Positions 37,380 through 49,279 of a DNA stretch of 64,000 bases are shown here, in pieces. The notes below the pieces were generated by a model that saw only the letters and a list, made by a program, of their open reading frames with translations, did not search any database and was not told where the DNA came from. Within the stretch, counting starts at the first letter, position 1, and every line of letters starts with the position of its first letter. The stretch covers positions 178,624,001 to 178,688,000 of the forward strand of contig NC_058368.1 of the NCBI RefSeq assembly GCF_018350175.1. Reading direction: 5' to 3'. The stretch is from Felis catus (lineage: Eukaryota). A program made the position numbers and the translations under genes.

Positions 37380-37967
37380 CAAGTTAGCCAAGCCGACGAG
37401 GAAGCTTCCTCCTGGCTATGCTGCCATCAGGGGAAGATCAGTCAACCTTGCTGAAGGGACCAACACTTAGGACTGGATCGAACCCCTCAACGTGAACACA
37501 GCGTTTTGACCTTTCGCATAAAAAAGTGTTTGAAATGAAGACTGTCAAATATCTCCTAATTTATTTATTCTTCTTCAATGTTTGTGAAGTGCATGATGTT
37601 CACACTTGAAGTCTAGTAAGGGCCTGTAATAACTCATTTAAAAAATGTGTATTTTGGAATACCCGTTTCGAAGTACAGTAGTTTACACGGTGACAGAAAT
37701 AATTTGGAGCAAGTTTAAAGACACTGCAACAAATAGTTTTTGGTATCACATAAAACTGATATTTTTTATAGCCAAACCTTTGTTAGTCGGAGGCAATCAT
37801 GGGTTTTATATATATAATTTGAAAATTTCTAAAATTCACTTTCTCGGCAGCAATAATTTAAGAGACTTCAAACTATTTCATTCTTTCTTATTTGGTGTCT
37901 TTTGCTGGGGGGATTTTTGTGTACTTTTTTATGAAAAGGTAAATGCATGATGGGATAACTTCCTAGG

Positions 37968-37973
37968 ATTAAA
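37968..37973 (+). terminator. Candidate proximal LCP2 poly(A) signal (ATTAAA)
   Basis: First common PAS hexamer I found after the stop, followed by U/GU-rich sequence. Confidence 0.5.
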
Positions 37974-38879
37974 ATGAATTTACCTTTTGCTTTACTTCTG
38001 TGTCCCTAAAACTATTAACTCTGTTTAGGCCCTGCTCTTGCATTTTAGTTTTAAAGAAAACTTAAGCTACAAATACCAGAAGAAATCATTTTACATTTAG
38101 AGATGAGGCTTGGGTGTCAAATAGATCTGATGTAAGTTCATCATATACCGACACTCACACCCCACCACCCCTGCACCTCCCACAACTCCAAAAGCATTTT
38201 CAAGTGATGCGGATTTCACCAAAGTCTTACTGCAAAGATGGAAGAGCAATGCATATACACAGAAAAATGTGATCAGACTTTCCTATTAGAGGCCTTTCTT
38301 CTATCTCTTTTATCCCCTGACAACTCTACCTTAAAGCCCTTCCCATCATCCTTCCTAAAAAGGCTTTATAAATCCTTTGAAGCAATTCAGCTCTTGGCTT
38401 CAGCTTACATATCTCACTTAACACACAGTAGTAGGTGTTTAGCACAACAAAAACCAGGCATTCCGTTGTTCTTCAAGTTTTCCCCTTTGGGGCCTTGATT
38501 ATTATTCCACAACTTTTATTAACAACAAAAATTCTTGCCTTCTCGGCTTCATCTACGAGTTTTCGAGTGGCAAAAGGTGTCCTGCATGTTCATTTTCATA
38601 AGCTAATTAATAGAACATAAGGGGGCTTGGAAGTCACGTGGGTAAAACTGATGGTTTGCGAAGATAACAAGTATGATGATGATAATGTTTCTTTATCAAG
38701 TTTCATCCTTACAAACTGGGAGTTCTCAGTTTAGGATCTGCAGCTTGGGAGTTCTAAAGCTGAAAAATCTGCATTCATATACAAGTTTACTCAAGAGGAT
38801 TTCAACAAGCATTTATTTAGTGCCTATTCTATGTTAAACAAGGAGCTGGGTGGTGAGGATAGCAGACACTGGGAGCTGA

Positions 38880-39212
38880 CCTTGCGTCATGCTTTATGGT
38901 ACGCTATCCTTTATGCTTGAAAATCTCTACAATGAAGGAGGTAGTAGGCTCCAAAGCAACGATTTGGTAGTGAATCATGTCGGCTGCCATGCCTCTACCC
39001 TCTTCTCCCTGCCATATGTAGACCAGCCTATAACAGAAGAGGATGAGGTCAATGCGTAGAACTAGAACCAAGCTACAGACACGCGGTAAATTAGTAGAGT
39101 CCCTGAAATCTATTTCAACCATGTGGACTTCCAAACCACATGACCCAATAAATGCTTCAGTTAGCCTGAGCTGTTTTTGGCATTTGTTACCAGGAGAGAT
39201 CTGATTAATACA
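38880..39212 (+). mobile_element. MaLR (MLT1-like) LTR fragment
   Basis: ccaataaatgctt...ttttggcatttgttacc..ctgattaataca end typical of MLT1 LTRs. Confidence 0.5.
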
Positions 39213-39413
39213 AACTCTGTTTCCATCTGCTTACAATTTGGTTAACTCTCTTTCAAAATGAGCCAAATTCAAGCATAAAATAAAGGATGAGAAATGCCCC
39301 ATGGCCAATTTCCTATGTTATATTCTTGTCACTAGTGAAATAGCCATTCCTTGAAACATTAAAACAATAAAACAGCCTTCAAGAACATTAAATGATTATT
39401 TACAATTCATATT

Positions 39414-39419
39414 TTTATT
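39414..39419 (-). terminator. Candidate C5orf58 poly(A) signal
   Basis: tttatt (AATAAA on -) about 100 nt past the C5orf58 stop. Confidence 0.6.
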
Positions 39420-39518
39420 TTGTTTTTATCATATTAAATATATTAGTAAACTTAATTCTCCCCGATATGTGTTAATTCCACAATAAATAGTTATAAATTC
39501 ACAACAAACAAAAAGAAA

Positions 39519-39670
39519 TCAGACAGAAAAGCTGTTAGAAGCAAAGGACACATCTGATATTTTAGATTCATCAAAGAGGGGCGGTTTTCCTTCTGTTTCC
39601 TCTAAGTCATCTGTCTTCAGAGGATGATTAAAATGTAAAGTAAGGTCACAAAGCAGCAACTGGGAGAGCT
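39519..39670 (-). CDS. C5orf58: C5orf58 ortholog, last coding exon (ELSQLLLCDLTLHFNHPLKTDDLEETEGKPPLFDESKISDVSFASNSFSV*)
   Basis: ttttacacag| acceptor, phase 1, 152 nt to TGA; peptide closely resembles recalled human C5orf58 C-terminus; synteny with LCP2. Confidence 0.88.
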
Positions 39671-39739
39671 CTGTGTAAAACAAAATAATAGAAGATACTA
39701 TCTTGGAGCACATACATCAGAGACAACTATTATGACTTT

Positions 39740-39850
39740 CTTTTTAAAGATTTTATTTTTAAGTAATCTCTACACCTAACATGGGGCTCAGAACCACAAC
39801 CCCAAGATCAAGAGTTGCATGGTCTACCGACTGAGCCCACCAGGGACCCC
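39740..39850 (-). mobile_element. Short old Can-SINE
   Basis: taatctctacacctaacatggggctc..gactgagcccaccagggacccc; TSD tattat(g/t)acttt. Confidence 0.8.
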
Positions 39851-40129
39851 TATTATTACTTTTAGTAGCTATTTCTCATTCTTAAGTTTTCTCCTAAGTG
39901 ATTATTGATTGGACCACAATTAACTATGCCCCATTACGACAAAGTCAAATTTATGTACTATAAAATAAGCATGACATAAAAATTAGCTAGCAGGCTCTTT
40001 AGTTCAACTTGTACACTATCTTACTAAACTGCAACTTGAGTTATACACATTTGATTTATGCTTTTTTTAAACTTACTATTTTTATGCTATATATGTATAC
40101 AGAATCAAATAGATCTATAAGGCATGTTA

Positions 40130-42240
40130 CAAAAAATAGTTTGTATCTCCAAGAGGCAACCACTTTTAACTTTTCTTCTCGCTTATATTGCTTTTCTTGC
40201 TTTGTTGTTGTGTGTGTCTGTATTTAGTGTCTTCTGGCTTTGTTTGAGGGCAGGTTGGTATTTGCCTCCGTATCTCTAAATGACATGTATGTTTTATTTT
40301 TTCAATTGTAGGTATTATCTACCTGCTTCTGACTACAGAAGATTAAGATACAGCTCTTTTCACTCACCCCTACTCCCCTAGAGAGTACTTAAGAATACAA
40401 TTTTTGCTAGCTCAATATTTAAAGGTTAAAAATTTTTGATTATATAAATATGCTTCACAGCTGAACTTTGCAGTACATTTCCCTTCTTGCATGGTACCAC
40501 CCAATCACGGTTAATTTTTTTTCATTACTTAATTATCATAAATATATTCCAAATATATTTGTGCAGATCTCCTTTTGGTATGGTCAGATGCCTTAGCTGT
40601 CCAATTGTTGAAAGTCTATCTTCTCCTAGAGCCTTCTGATCTACTCTGGTCTGGACTGACTGTTCTCTTGGACTGTTCATCTCCGTTCACCACTATCCCA
40701 GAGATTCTTTTCACCCCTCCCATGTGTGGAGTATCCTTTTTCTAGAATTTCGTTTCTTTCTCTTTTTGGTCTGCTACCTTGTTGGATGGAATAAGACCTC
40801 AGTAACTTCCTGAAGGCGGAAAACTTATGTGTGAAAATTTCTTTCTCTACACCAATGCTTAATAGTGACTATAGAAATCTAGATTGGAAATCATGTTTCT
40901 TCAGATTTTCAAAGGCCTTGCCACATTTTCTTCTAGCTTCCAGTGTTGCTGTGAGAATTTTCATGATTTTAGTTCTTAAATCATTGTTTCTCTTTAGAAA
41001 CTTCAAGGATCTGTTTTTCCAGAACAAAATTTCATAGTATTGTACCTTGGGGGTCTACTTCCAACCACTGTGTTGGGCTCTTTCATTATAGAAACTCCTC
41101 TCCTTCAGCTTTTTACATTTTTCTCAGCTTATTTCTTTAATGAATTCCTCCCCATGCACTGTCTGTGTTCTTCCTTTCTAACACTGCTATCTACTGAATG
41201 TTGAACTTCCTTGACTGATCTTATCATTTTTTCTCCCTATAACTTTCCATCTATAATTGTTTTGCTCTACACTCTAGGGGATTGTTTTCATTTTATCTTT
41301 AAGCCCTTCTACAGAATTTATTTCTACTGTCGCACTTTTAATTTCCAAGAATTCCCTTCTCTAAACTATTTTTCCTAGGATCATGTTCCTGTTTCATGGA
41401 CATAGCATCTTTTCTTACTTCCCTTTAGCTATTGACAGTTTCTTGGGAGTTTTCATCTCATTTCATGATTTCTGTGTCTTCCTCATTGACTGAATCTATG
41501 TATTGACTTTGTCTCTGCTTTTCATATTAGATGCTTCCATTAAGTATCTATTCCATCAGAGCTATCTGCTCATATTTAAGACTATGGCACTAAAGACTAC
41601 TGGAAACTCTGTGCCTATGGTAGGCTATACTGGGAGGTGAGCTGACTGGGTATTTTGTTGGGGGGAACTTCTGCTATCAGTACCTTTAGTTGTTTTTGTT
41701 TGTTTGTTTGTTTGTTTGTTTCTCTTAGACTGGTCAGATTCCTGAAAGAAAAATCTGCTTGAGGGCAAAAATCTGGCTGCCAAGGTTTTGTAGCCAAGTG
41801 GGAAAAGAAAGCTACAGGGTCTTATAATTCAATATGTAAACTTTGTCCTAATACCCTTGTTTTCAGTATAATACTCTTTCCTTCAACTTGTGGCTAGTGG
41901 CTCCAGGCCAGAGAGCCTCTTAGGGAATAAGCTTCAAGTTTTTTGTCCTAGAAAAGGAACAGTTGCCTAGTTATGCAGAGAAGGGAAGAGAACTTAGGGG
42001 TCTACAACTTCTTAAACATTTAACCAGCCTTCCTGTCCTTAGCTCCACCTCTACCCCTACTTCCAGAGGATTCTGGTGCCACCATGTGTTGAGTCTTTGG
42101 GGTCGTTCATTGGCTTTACCCAGCCAGCTCACAGTTCAAATTTTTGGACATTTGGGTTCAGACTTTTCTGTTTACCTCAACTTGCTTTCTATTTCACTAT
42201 TAACTTTTTTTGAGAGCTCTTTTCCTTGCTGATTTTTGTC
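40130..42240 (-). mobile_element. Degraded ancient LINE-1 fragments
   Basis: T-rich L1-antisense style (gaaatctagattggaaatcatgtttc, ttccagtgttgctgtgaga, ttaatttccaaga); no intact ORF. Confidence 0.55.
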
Positions 42241-42707
42241 TCTTTAAAATCACTTTAAATTTAAATCTCAAGTTTACTAGTGACTAGTTGTGTGACCTTG
42301 GGAAAGTTAGTTAACTTCTCTACCTGTTTCTGTAGCCATAAATGCCAATGGTAGAATTTCCTACCTCACAAGGTTGTAATGACAATTGAATCTGTTTATA
42401 CAGGGCTCTTGGAAAAGTATCTGGATTATAATAAATGTTATGTGTCAGCTACTCACATTATTATTTAGAGAAGGAAGTGTGGCTGAAAGGAATGTTGTTC
42501 ATTTAATCTTCCATGTTTACCAGAAGTCCGCCCAAAAGTACTCTAGCTCTGCAAGTCCCCATATCCTAACTGCCTGACCTACCCCACAGCTTCTCAGGAA
42601 CACAACCATCATATTTACTAGTTCTATTTTACTTCACAAAAGAATAATCCCCAAAGTAGAACAGTTAGATAATCAAGTTGGAGAGAAATCTAAAGATTCT
42701 CTGTTTA

Positions 42708-42924
42708 AAACATTTTTTTAATGTTTATTTATTTTTGAGGGACAGAGAGAGACATGGCACTAGTGGGGGAGGGGCAGAGAGAGAGGGAGACAGAGAGTCT
42801 GAAACAGGCTCCAGGCTCCGAGCTATCAGCACAGAGCCTGACACGGGGCTCAAACTCACGAGCTGTGAGATCATGACCCGAGCCTAAGTCAGATGCTCAA
42901 CCCACTGAGCCACTTAGGTGCCCC
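42708..42924 (-). mobile_element. Can-SINE
   Basis: TSD taaag(a/c)ttctctgttt either side. Confidence 0.9.
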
Positions 42925-43654
42925 TAAAGCTTCTCTGTTTTAAATGAGGGCAAGCATCCAGAAAACAATTATTCATTTAATAAACATTTCCAAGAACTTA
43001 TTATATCAAGGCACTGTGTTAATTGCCAGGAATACCCTTAAGGAGCTTACTGTTGAGCAGGGACAGGAAAAGTAAGTAAACATGCAATTATAACACAATG
43101 TGACAGGTAATATGAAAAGGTAAGAGATAACACGCTTGCTTAAAAAAGTTTTTCCAATGTAAGTAAAAAGTAATAAGTAGCAGTTAACCTGGTGGGGTGG
43201 AGGAGGGGGTAGAGCAGTGGGCATTTCAGAAGACGCATCTGTTAAGATACAGACACGAAAAAAGAGGAACTGTGTAGATGTGCAAACAGTTCAGTATGGC
43301 CGTAGCACAGTGTGCTGGGATAAAAGAATAAGATACTGGAGAGGTAGGCAGGGGCCTGATCTCAAGAGGTCTTATAGTCCATTCTAGAAGGTCTGGACTT
43401 TATTGTGGGGCAAGAGTGAGCTAATGAGTCACATTTTAGAAAGAAAATTCTTGCTGTATCATTGAGATTGGTTTCAAGAGATGATGAATGAAGCAAAGAC
43501 AACCAGATTTCTTTAGATCAGATGCCTCAGAGCCTTTGTACTATGAATTTTGGAAAGAAATATACAGCATAAAGCACTTCTCAAATGTATCTGATCCTAA
43601 AAACATGGACTCTGTTCTTACTGCACAACACCTATTAATATGTCTTGAGACAGG

Positions 43655-44390
43655 AGGGTTCACAGATCGAAGTCTGGGAAATGCTGCCCTAGGAAGAACA
43701 TGCAGAAGAAACCATAATAGGCACTCACTATTTGGGGCCTAACAACCATTTCCTTCTTCTTGGTGGCACAACTTGATTCCATTTAGGTGATCCTCGCCCC
43801 ACCTCCAACAGTAAGTCCTGACGGGTCCAAACTGGTCTTGGCAGTCCCATTCCCCTTGACAGTGGCCGGTGCAAGCACATGCATTTGACACAAATCCAGC
43901 CATGAAAGGAAAGGGAAAACATGCTGAAGGGATCTGGGAAAAGGCTTTTATAGAGACATGGGCAGATACAGTGTCTGTGGATGGCCACACCTGGAGGTAA
44001 TGACTAGAAGTGATACACAGAGTGAACATAACAGAGCAGGAAAAGGGAAAGAACCTGGTACAGGCAGCAGCCTTTAAAATTCTTTTTTTTTGTTTTTTTG
44101 TTTTTTATGATCACAGAGTATTTTATTGTTTTCCATAGTATAAGGCACTTATTTTGTTATGTGTTTTTTTTCTTTTAAACAAAAAGCAATCATAAGTGAA
44201 TGCATTGGTAAATATCTATTATCAGAATGAGACATGCTCATCTACAAAATCATTTTCTATCTTAGCAGCTTCTAAAATTCCGAATTAATTCTGGGGCTAC
44301 CCTACCTTGGATCCTTTTATTTCCTTACTGTATAAGCCACATTAAAGTGGTGTTTTGTTGTTTGTAGCTGAATTCCTTGTAACTGTCAGT
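43655..44390 (+). mobile_element. MLT1-like LTR, interrupted by a retroposed insert
   Basis: MaLR-type motifs (ttccccttgacagtgg, cctaccttgga, gttgtttgtagctgaattcc..taactg). Confidence 0.5.
44083..44263 (-). pseudogene. Retroposed polyadenylated fragment of unknown origin (truncated retrocopy or orphan L1 3' transduction)
   Basis: PolyT 44083-44106, AATAAA (-) at 44122-44127, 17-bp TSD (15/17 identical) at 44066-44082 and 44264-44280. Confidence 0.7.
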
Positions 44391-45157
44391 TACAGAGAAG
44401 CTATCTTCAAATATCCCAGAGCTATCATAAGAAGAATAACTAAATATTTACTGAAGTTTCCCATTTAGAAATAGGACCAGGGGAAGGTCCCCTTCCAGGG
44501 GAAGGAAGAGGGGAACAGATTTCAGCTAGTCCATAAGGAAGAACTGTCTAAACAGGAAGAGGCTGAACTGGTGAGATAGGGGGTTCTCCAACACAGGAAA
44601 TATTTGGTCAGGGATAGACTGTCCCTAAAAATACTCAATCATGGAAATTCTACATGTCTGGGGTAAAATAAGAGAATGTCTGTGAGGTGAATGACTAAAC
44701 ATCATGAACTGTAAGGTCTAATCCTACTCTATGAATCTGTTTAAAATGAAGTACCCTTAACTCACAGAATCAAACTCATAATTTTTAATTTGGAAGGAAC
44801 CTTAGGGGCTTAAAAGGATTAGTGGATGGAGGCAATGAATGTTGCAGAATGTGACACCATCGTGCAATAGTTTATTGAAGAGAAGGAAGAGAAGTAAATT
44901 TAGAAGGTTAGACAAGAGCATAAGCTTGTTAGTGTCAAGGATGGGAATTCAAGTCGGCTAACTCCCAGGAAAATTCTCAAACACAATTTTTCTTTAGAGA
45001 TCTAGTTCATATTACAATGTAAACATTTCTGAAAATTATAGAAATCCTAATTAGTAGGCAAAATTCAGTTATATCCCTGTAGAAGCACAATTTGGCTCTA
45101 CTGTTGGTTTTATAACTACGGCATGCAAACGTTTTAATTTGGTGGTTTCACACTTAC

Positions 45158-45251
45158 CTTGCATCTTCTTCAACTCCAAAGAAATCATGTTAATGTTTTT
45201 AATTATGGCTTCCATGTTTGGCTTATGGTCAGTAACATTATTCTTAAACAT
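45158..45251 (-). CDS. C5orf58: C5orf58 ortholog, ATG-containing exon (MFKNNVTDHKPNMEAIIKNINMISLELKKMQ)
   Basis: cttctcttttaaaatcag|ATG, 94 nt, G|gtaagt donor; joins in frame to 39670 giving 81 aa. Confidence 0.88.
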
Positions 45252-46196
45252 CTGATTTTAAAAGAGAAGCAAATGAATAAATCAGAGGCATTTATGTGCA
45301 CTTTGAAAACACTCAAATTTTCAAGTATTTCTAAAAGGAAAATCTGTTATTTCAGAACTGAAAGCATTGTGAACAAATATAATGGTAAGAATTCTAACAT
45401 AGTAATGCATCAGCTTGTTTATACTTTCCAAAGATTCATAGGATAAAGTTTCTTCTTTAATGGAACCAGATAACATGATGGGACCCTTACAACCGAAATG
45501 CAGATGTCCCGTGTTCAGAAAGCCTCAGCACTTATAAACTATCTTAGAATTAAGTAGTCATATAAAACCTTCTTTAATTTTGTTTATGTAAGACAGTGTA
45601 TTTTTCTAACTTATTTTTGAAGGATAAAGTCCACAGTAAACCTCAAAGTAAGATTCAATTATAATTCATAAACTAACAAGATGGCAAAATGGCGACTTTT
45701 AATTTAATTTTGGGACATAGGGCAATACACTTTTTAAAAAAATCCTAGTTAATTGAAATGTGTAAATCAACAGGTTACAATGTTGCATGTACAGTACATA
45801 TTTTTAACCAATTGCATCAGATACAAACACATAAACAGGTTTACTAAAAACTAATCTTAGCCACTGAAATGTCTCAAAAAGACTTGAAATAATAACCCAC
45901 AATTAGCACACACAACTCCAGCAATGTAAAAGGCGAGTAATTATGGGTCAGGCTGCTTGTCCAAGATAATGAAAATAAACTAAACTTCAAGTCAATTTCT
46001 TGCCTCTGCTTTCTCCTGAGTCCAGAAATTCATCCTGTATCACTCACTTCAGAGCCACTACAAAGAAATAAAAATTTTGTTTTCCAAACAACGAATAAAA
46101 TATACTCTGCACCCACCTACAAGCCCCTGCAAGCCAAAAAGGGAATGGTAGTTGTCTTACTTGGTTGGGTATAGCAAATCAAAAGATTTATGTTTG

Positions 46197-46412
46197 AGGG
46201 AAAAAGAAAGATGAGGGGAAGGGGAGGGGGAGAGGGAGGGAAGGGAAGGGAGGGAAAAGAAGGGAAGAGGAAGGGGTAGAGGAGGGGAAGGGAAGGGGAA
46301 GGAAATGAAGGGAAGGAAGGGAAAGGAGGGAAAAGGGAAAGAAAGGAAGGGAAAGGAAGGGGAAGGAAAGCAAGGGAAGGGAGAGATAGGGAAGGGAAGG
46401 GGAAGGAAAGGA
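46197..46412. repeat. Polypurine (GGAAG/GGGAA)n tract
   Basis: About 215 bp almost entirely G/A. Confidence 0.9.
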
Positions 46413-46438
46413 TGAAATAACTTTAAACATAAAGAATA

Positions 46439-46640
46439 GGGGTGCCTGGGTGGCTCAGTTGGTTAAGCATCCGACCTCGGCTGAAGTCATGACCCCACCC
46501 TCAGTGAGTTCCAGCCCCGCGTCGGGCTCTGTGCTGTCAGCTCAGTGCCTGGAGCCTGCTTTGGATTCTGTTTCCCTCTCTCTCTCTCTGCCTCTCCCCT
46601 GTCTGTTGCTCTCTCAAAAATAAACAAACATTTAAAACAA
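46439..46640 (+). mobile_element. Can-SINE
   Basis: ggggtgcctgggtggctcag head, (CT)n, AATAAA tail. Confidence 0.88.
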
Positions 46641-47477
46641 TTTTTTTAATTTAGAATGTTTGTAAAAAAAAAAATTAAAATTAAAAAACCAAGAGACAAG
46701 TAGAAACTAAGTGGATAGAGATATGCCGGAGAAAGTTGACCGCCCCCCGCCCCCCCAGCAGGGTCGGGTTTCCCGCCGTCCTTGAGTGCCCCTGGATGGG
46801 TGGGGTCAGGGGCAGAGCTGGGACTGGACCCCACTGGACTGGAGAGATGGGTTAGGCCATTGGTCAGAAAAAGGAGAGGCCGGTCAAAGGACATTCCCCA
46901 GGAGTGACAAGTGGTGAGCAGCCTCTAGGGACAGAGGAAATGGTGGACTAAGAGGCCAAGATACTGTAGACACTAACGCAACTAAGGCACTAACCTTCAA
47001 CCAGTTGGCCTGGAGGCACAGTTCGTTCTGGCCTTCAACCTGGGGGATTATCATCCCTAGAGCGTTTGTTCTAAAGGCCACCCCCTCCTCCTCAGCCCAA
47101 CCTCCACCCGCGAGGAGTCCTCGGGTGCCGCTGGCCTGCCCAGCCGGCACTTGGTGACTGAAGATAGCCCCCTCGAAGCTTCCACAACCCCTCTGCTCCC
47201 AAACCGGACCAGTAGCATGTACAATGCGCCCGGCGTGACCCTGCCCTTGGGACGACCACCCGCACTGCCTGGATCCATCCAACCATCAGTTCCTTCTAGA
47301 TCTAACCCATGGCAGTGAGGAGCCTCAGGCCCTTAGGGCCTGCCCACTGGGACGCCGCCGACGGAGTCTGAAGCAGCCTGGAAATTTCAACAGCCTCCAC
47401 CTGCCCCCTCCCCAAACCTGATTAGGATTTTTTGAGACCCAGTAACCTCGTTTTGTCCACAAACCAACCCTGTCTAG

Positions 47478-47610
47478 ACTCACCTGGCCAGCCAACTCTC
47501 ACAAAAACTCTGACTGCAGGTGGGGCGGGGCCGAAAGTAATGGCGGGGAATGTGCTTCCTGATTGGCCAGCTTCTCCACCTGGTGCATCCTGGGAGTTGT
47601 AGTCCCAGGC
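47478..47610 (-). promoter_or_regulatory. C5orf58 promoter and non-coding first-exon donor
   Basis: GC box 47522-47530, CCAAT (ATTGG 47562-47566), ZNF143/THAP11 motif ACTACAACTCCCAGGATGC (- strand, 47585-47603), consensus donor CAG|GTGAGT (-) at 47484/47483; CpG-enriched 46.7-47.6 kb. Confidence 0.75.
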
Positions 47611-49279
47611 AAGGCACTGTAGGAGAAAGTTCTGGATGCGAGACTGGAAGTGACTAGCAGTGACCTGTGGGCTGAGGGGGAGAGAGGGAAAGGTGTTGAC
47701 GTTTTACTTCCTGTGTGCCAGGCGCTGTGCTAGGTGAGTCCCAGCCCTTAATCTGCATTCAGTTTTAACAGTAAAAGAGTGTGATTAAGGCCAGACTCTG
47801 GACTGAAACTGCTCAGGTTTGAATCTGACTCCAGCATTACGTTTAGCTAGAGAGGTGCTGGTAAGCACTTTAATCATTTAGAGTCCAAATGTCCTCATCT
47901 ATCATGTGGAGGGCATAATAACTACCTTCTAGTTTTCTTTTGAGGGGTAAGTGAGATAATGCATCAAAGGGACTTGGCAGATGATGTGTCCAATAAATGT
48001 TCGCTATTACCATTCTTATAAATCCTTACAGGTGAGTGAAGAGTACAGTAGAGTGGAATACTTGCTGGTGAAGAAGCTGGGATTCAAGCCATCTTTGCTA
48101 GATTCTCTGGCACTACAGAGGACTCTCTGGGACTACCATCTCTGGGGCTGACTCAAAGACATTTCTTAGTGCCCTCGGGAATGGGGAATGGGCTTAGACT
48201 TTCTAAACAAGTCTTTGCCTTCTCTAAGCCTCCCCTAAAATACCCAGCAGCCTCTTGAACCAGTGTTTTCCTGACAACCCGCAGCACATAGTCTGCTGTG
48301 TATTTTATACTCAGTTACTTTCAGTTTGACACTAGTGTTTGCTGTCTGATGCAGAGTTAGATGAGGAGGGACATGCAGAACCAACTCAGTCCTAAGGAGA
48401 ACTACCTATGTAATCTTGGAAATGAGTACCTGCCTTCCTCCCAACCTCAGTTTCCTCGTCTGTTTCTTTATGAGAGGGATGGGCTAGATCAGTGTTTCCT
48501 AAATTTCACTCACTGTAAGGCCACTGTTACGACTATTTGCTCTAAACTATGTACTACCTGTTTTATTACCTTAGTATTTTAAATTTATTTTCCTTTAAAA
48601 TTTAAATCTACTTAAAATTTTTTTATATCATCAATGTAAACAGAAGGTGACAGGCAAAATAAAGACTGTGGAAATAAGACAATATCTGTAACCATCAAGA
48701 CGTTCTTGCCTCCTGATGGCTATGTTCCTGCAGCTGGATCTTCTTTGTGAAGATGGGTTATTATGTGTTACAGAAATGTTAAACATAGTCTAGCACAAAC
48801 TGAGGATTTCTTTTTGATGTGAGTAGGATTGAAAGAGTTGCACAGGGAATAACTCTCACTCGTGATTATGTGTTGTTTAATGCCTGTGTGCCATATAAAA
48901 CCATCTCTCATCCCTCGTAGGATATGTCCCACGCTTTGCTCAACCTAGAATTAGGTGCTGTCCCTTTCTAGGACACCTTCATTCTCAACATGCTATGGTG
49001 CCTTTCAAAACTCACCCCAATCCTGGAAGGAGTCTTCCTGAATTAATCCTACCCAAATCTGCAGTTTCATACCAGTCTCTGCCAAGGCTTCCCTCACTAA
49101 TTTTAACTGTGGACACTTGCTGGTGTCAGTCCAGCATTTTCTTATTTCTGATATATGCGCTGAGCATTTGTTACCTAATTCTTCGAGTGCTGAGTGGGGG
49201 GGGGGGGGAAGAGGCACAGAAGGTCAGCTAACAAACGTTCATTTAGCACTCACTGTGTATTAAGAATTGCGTTAGAGGT

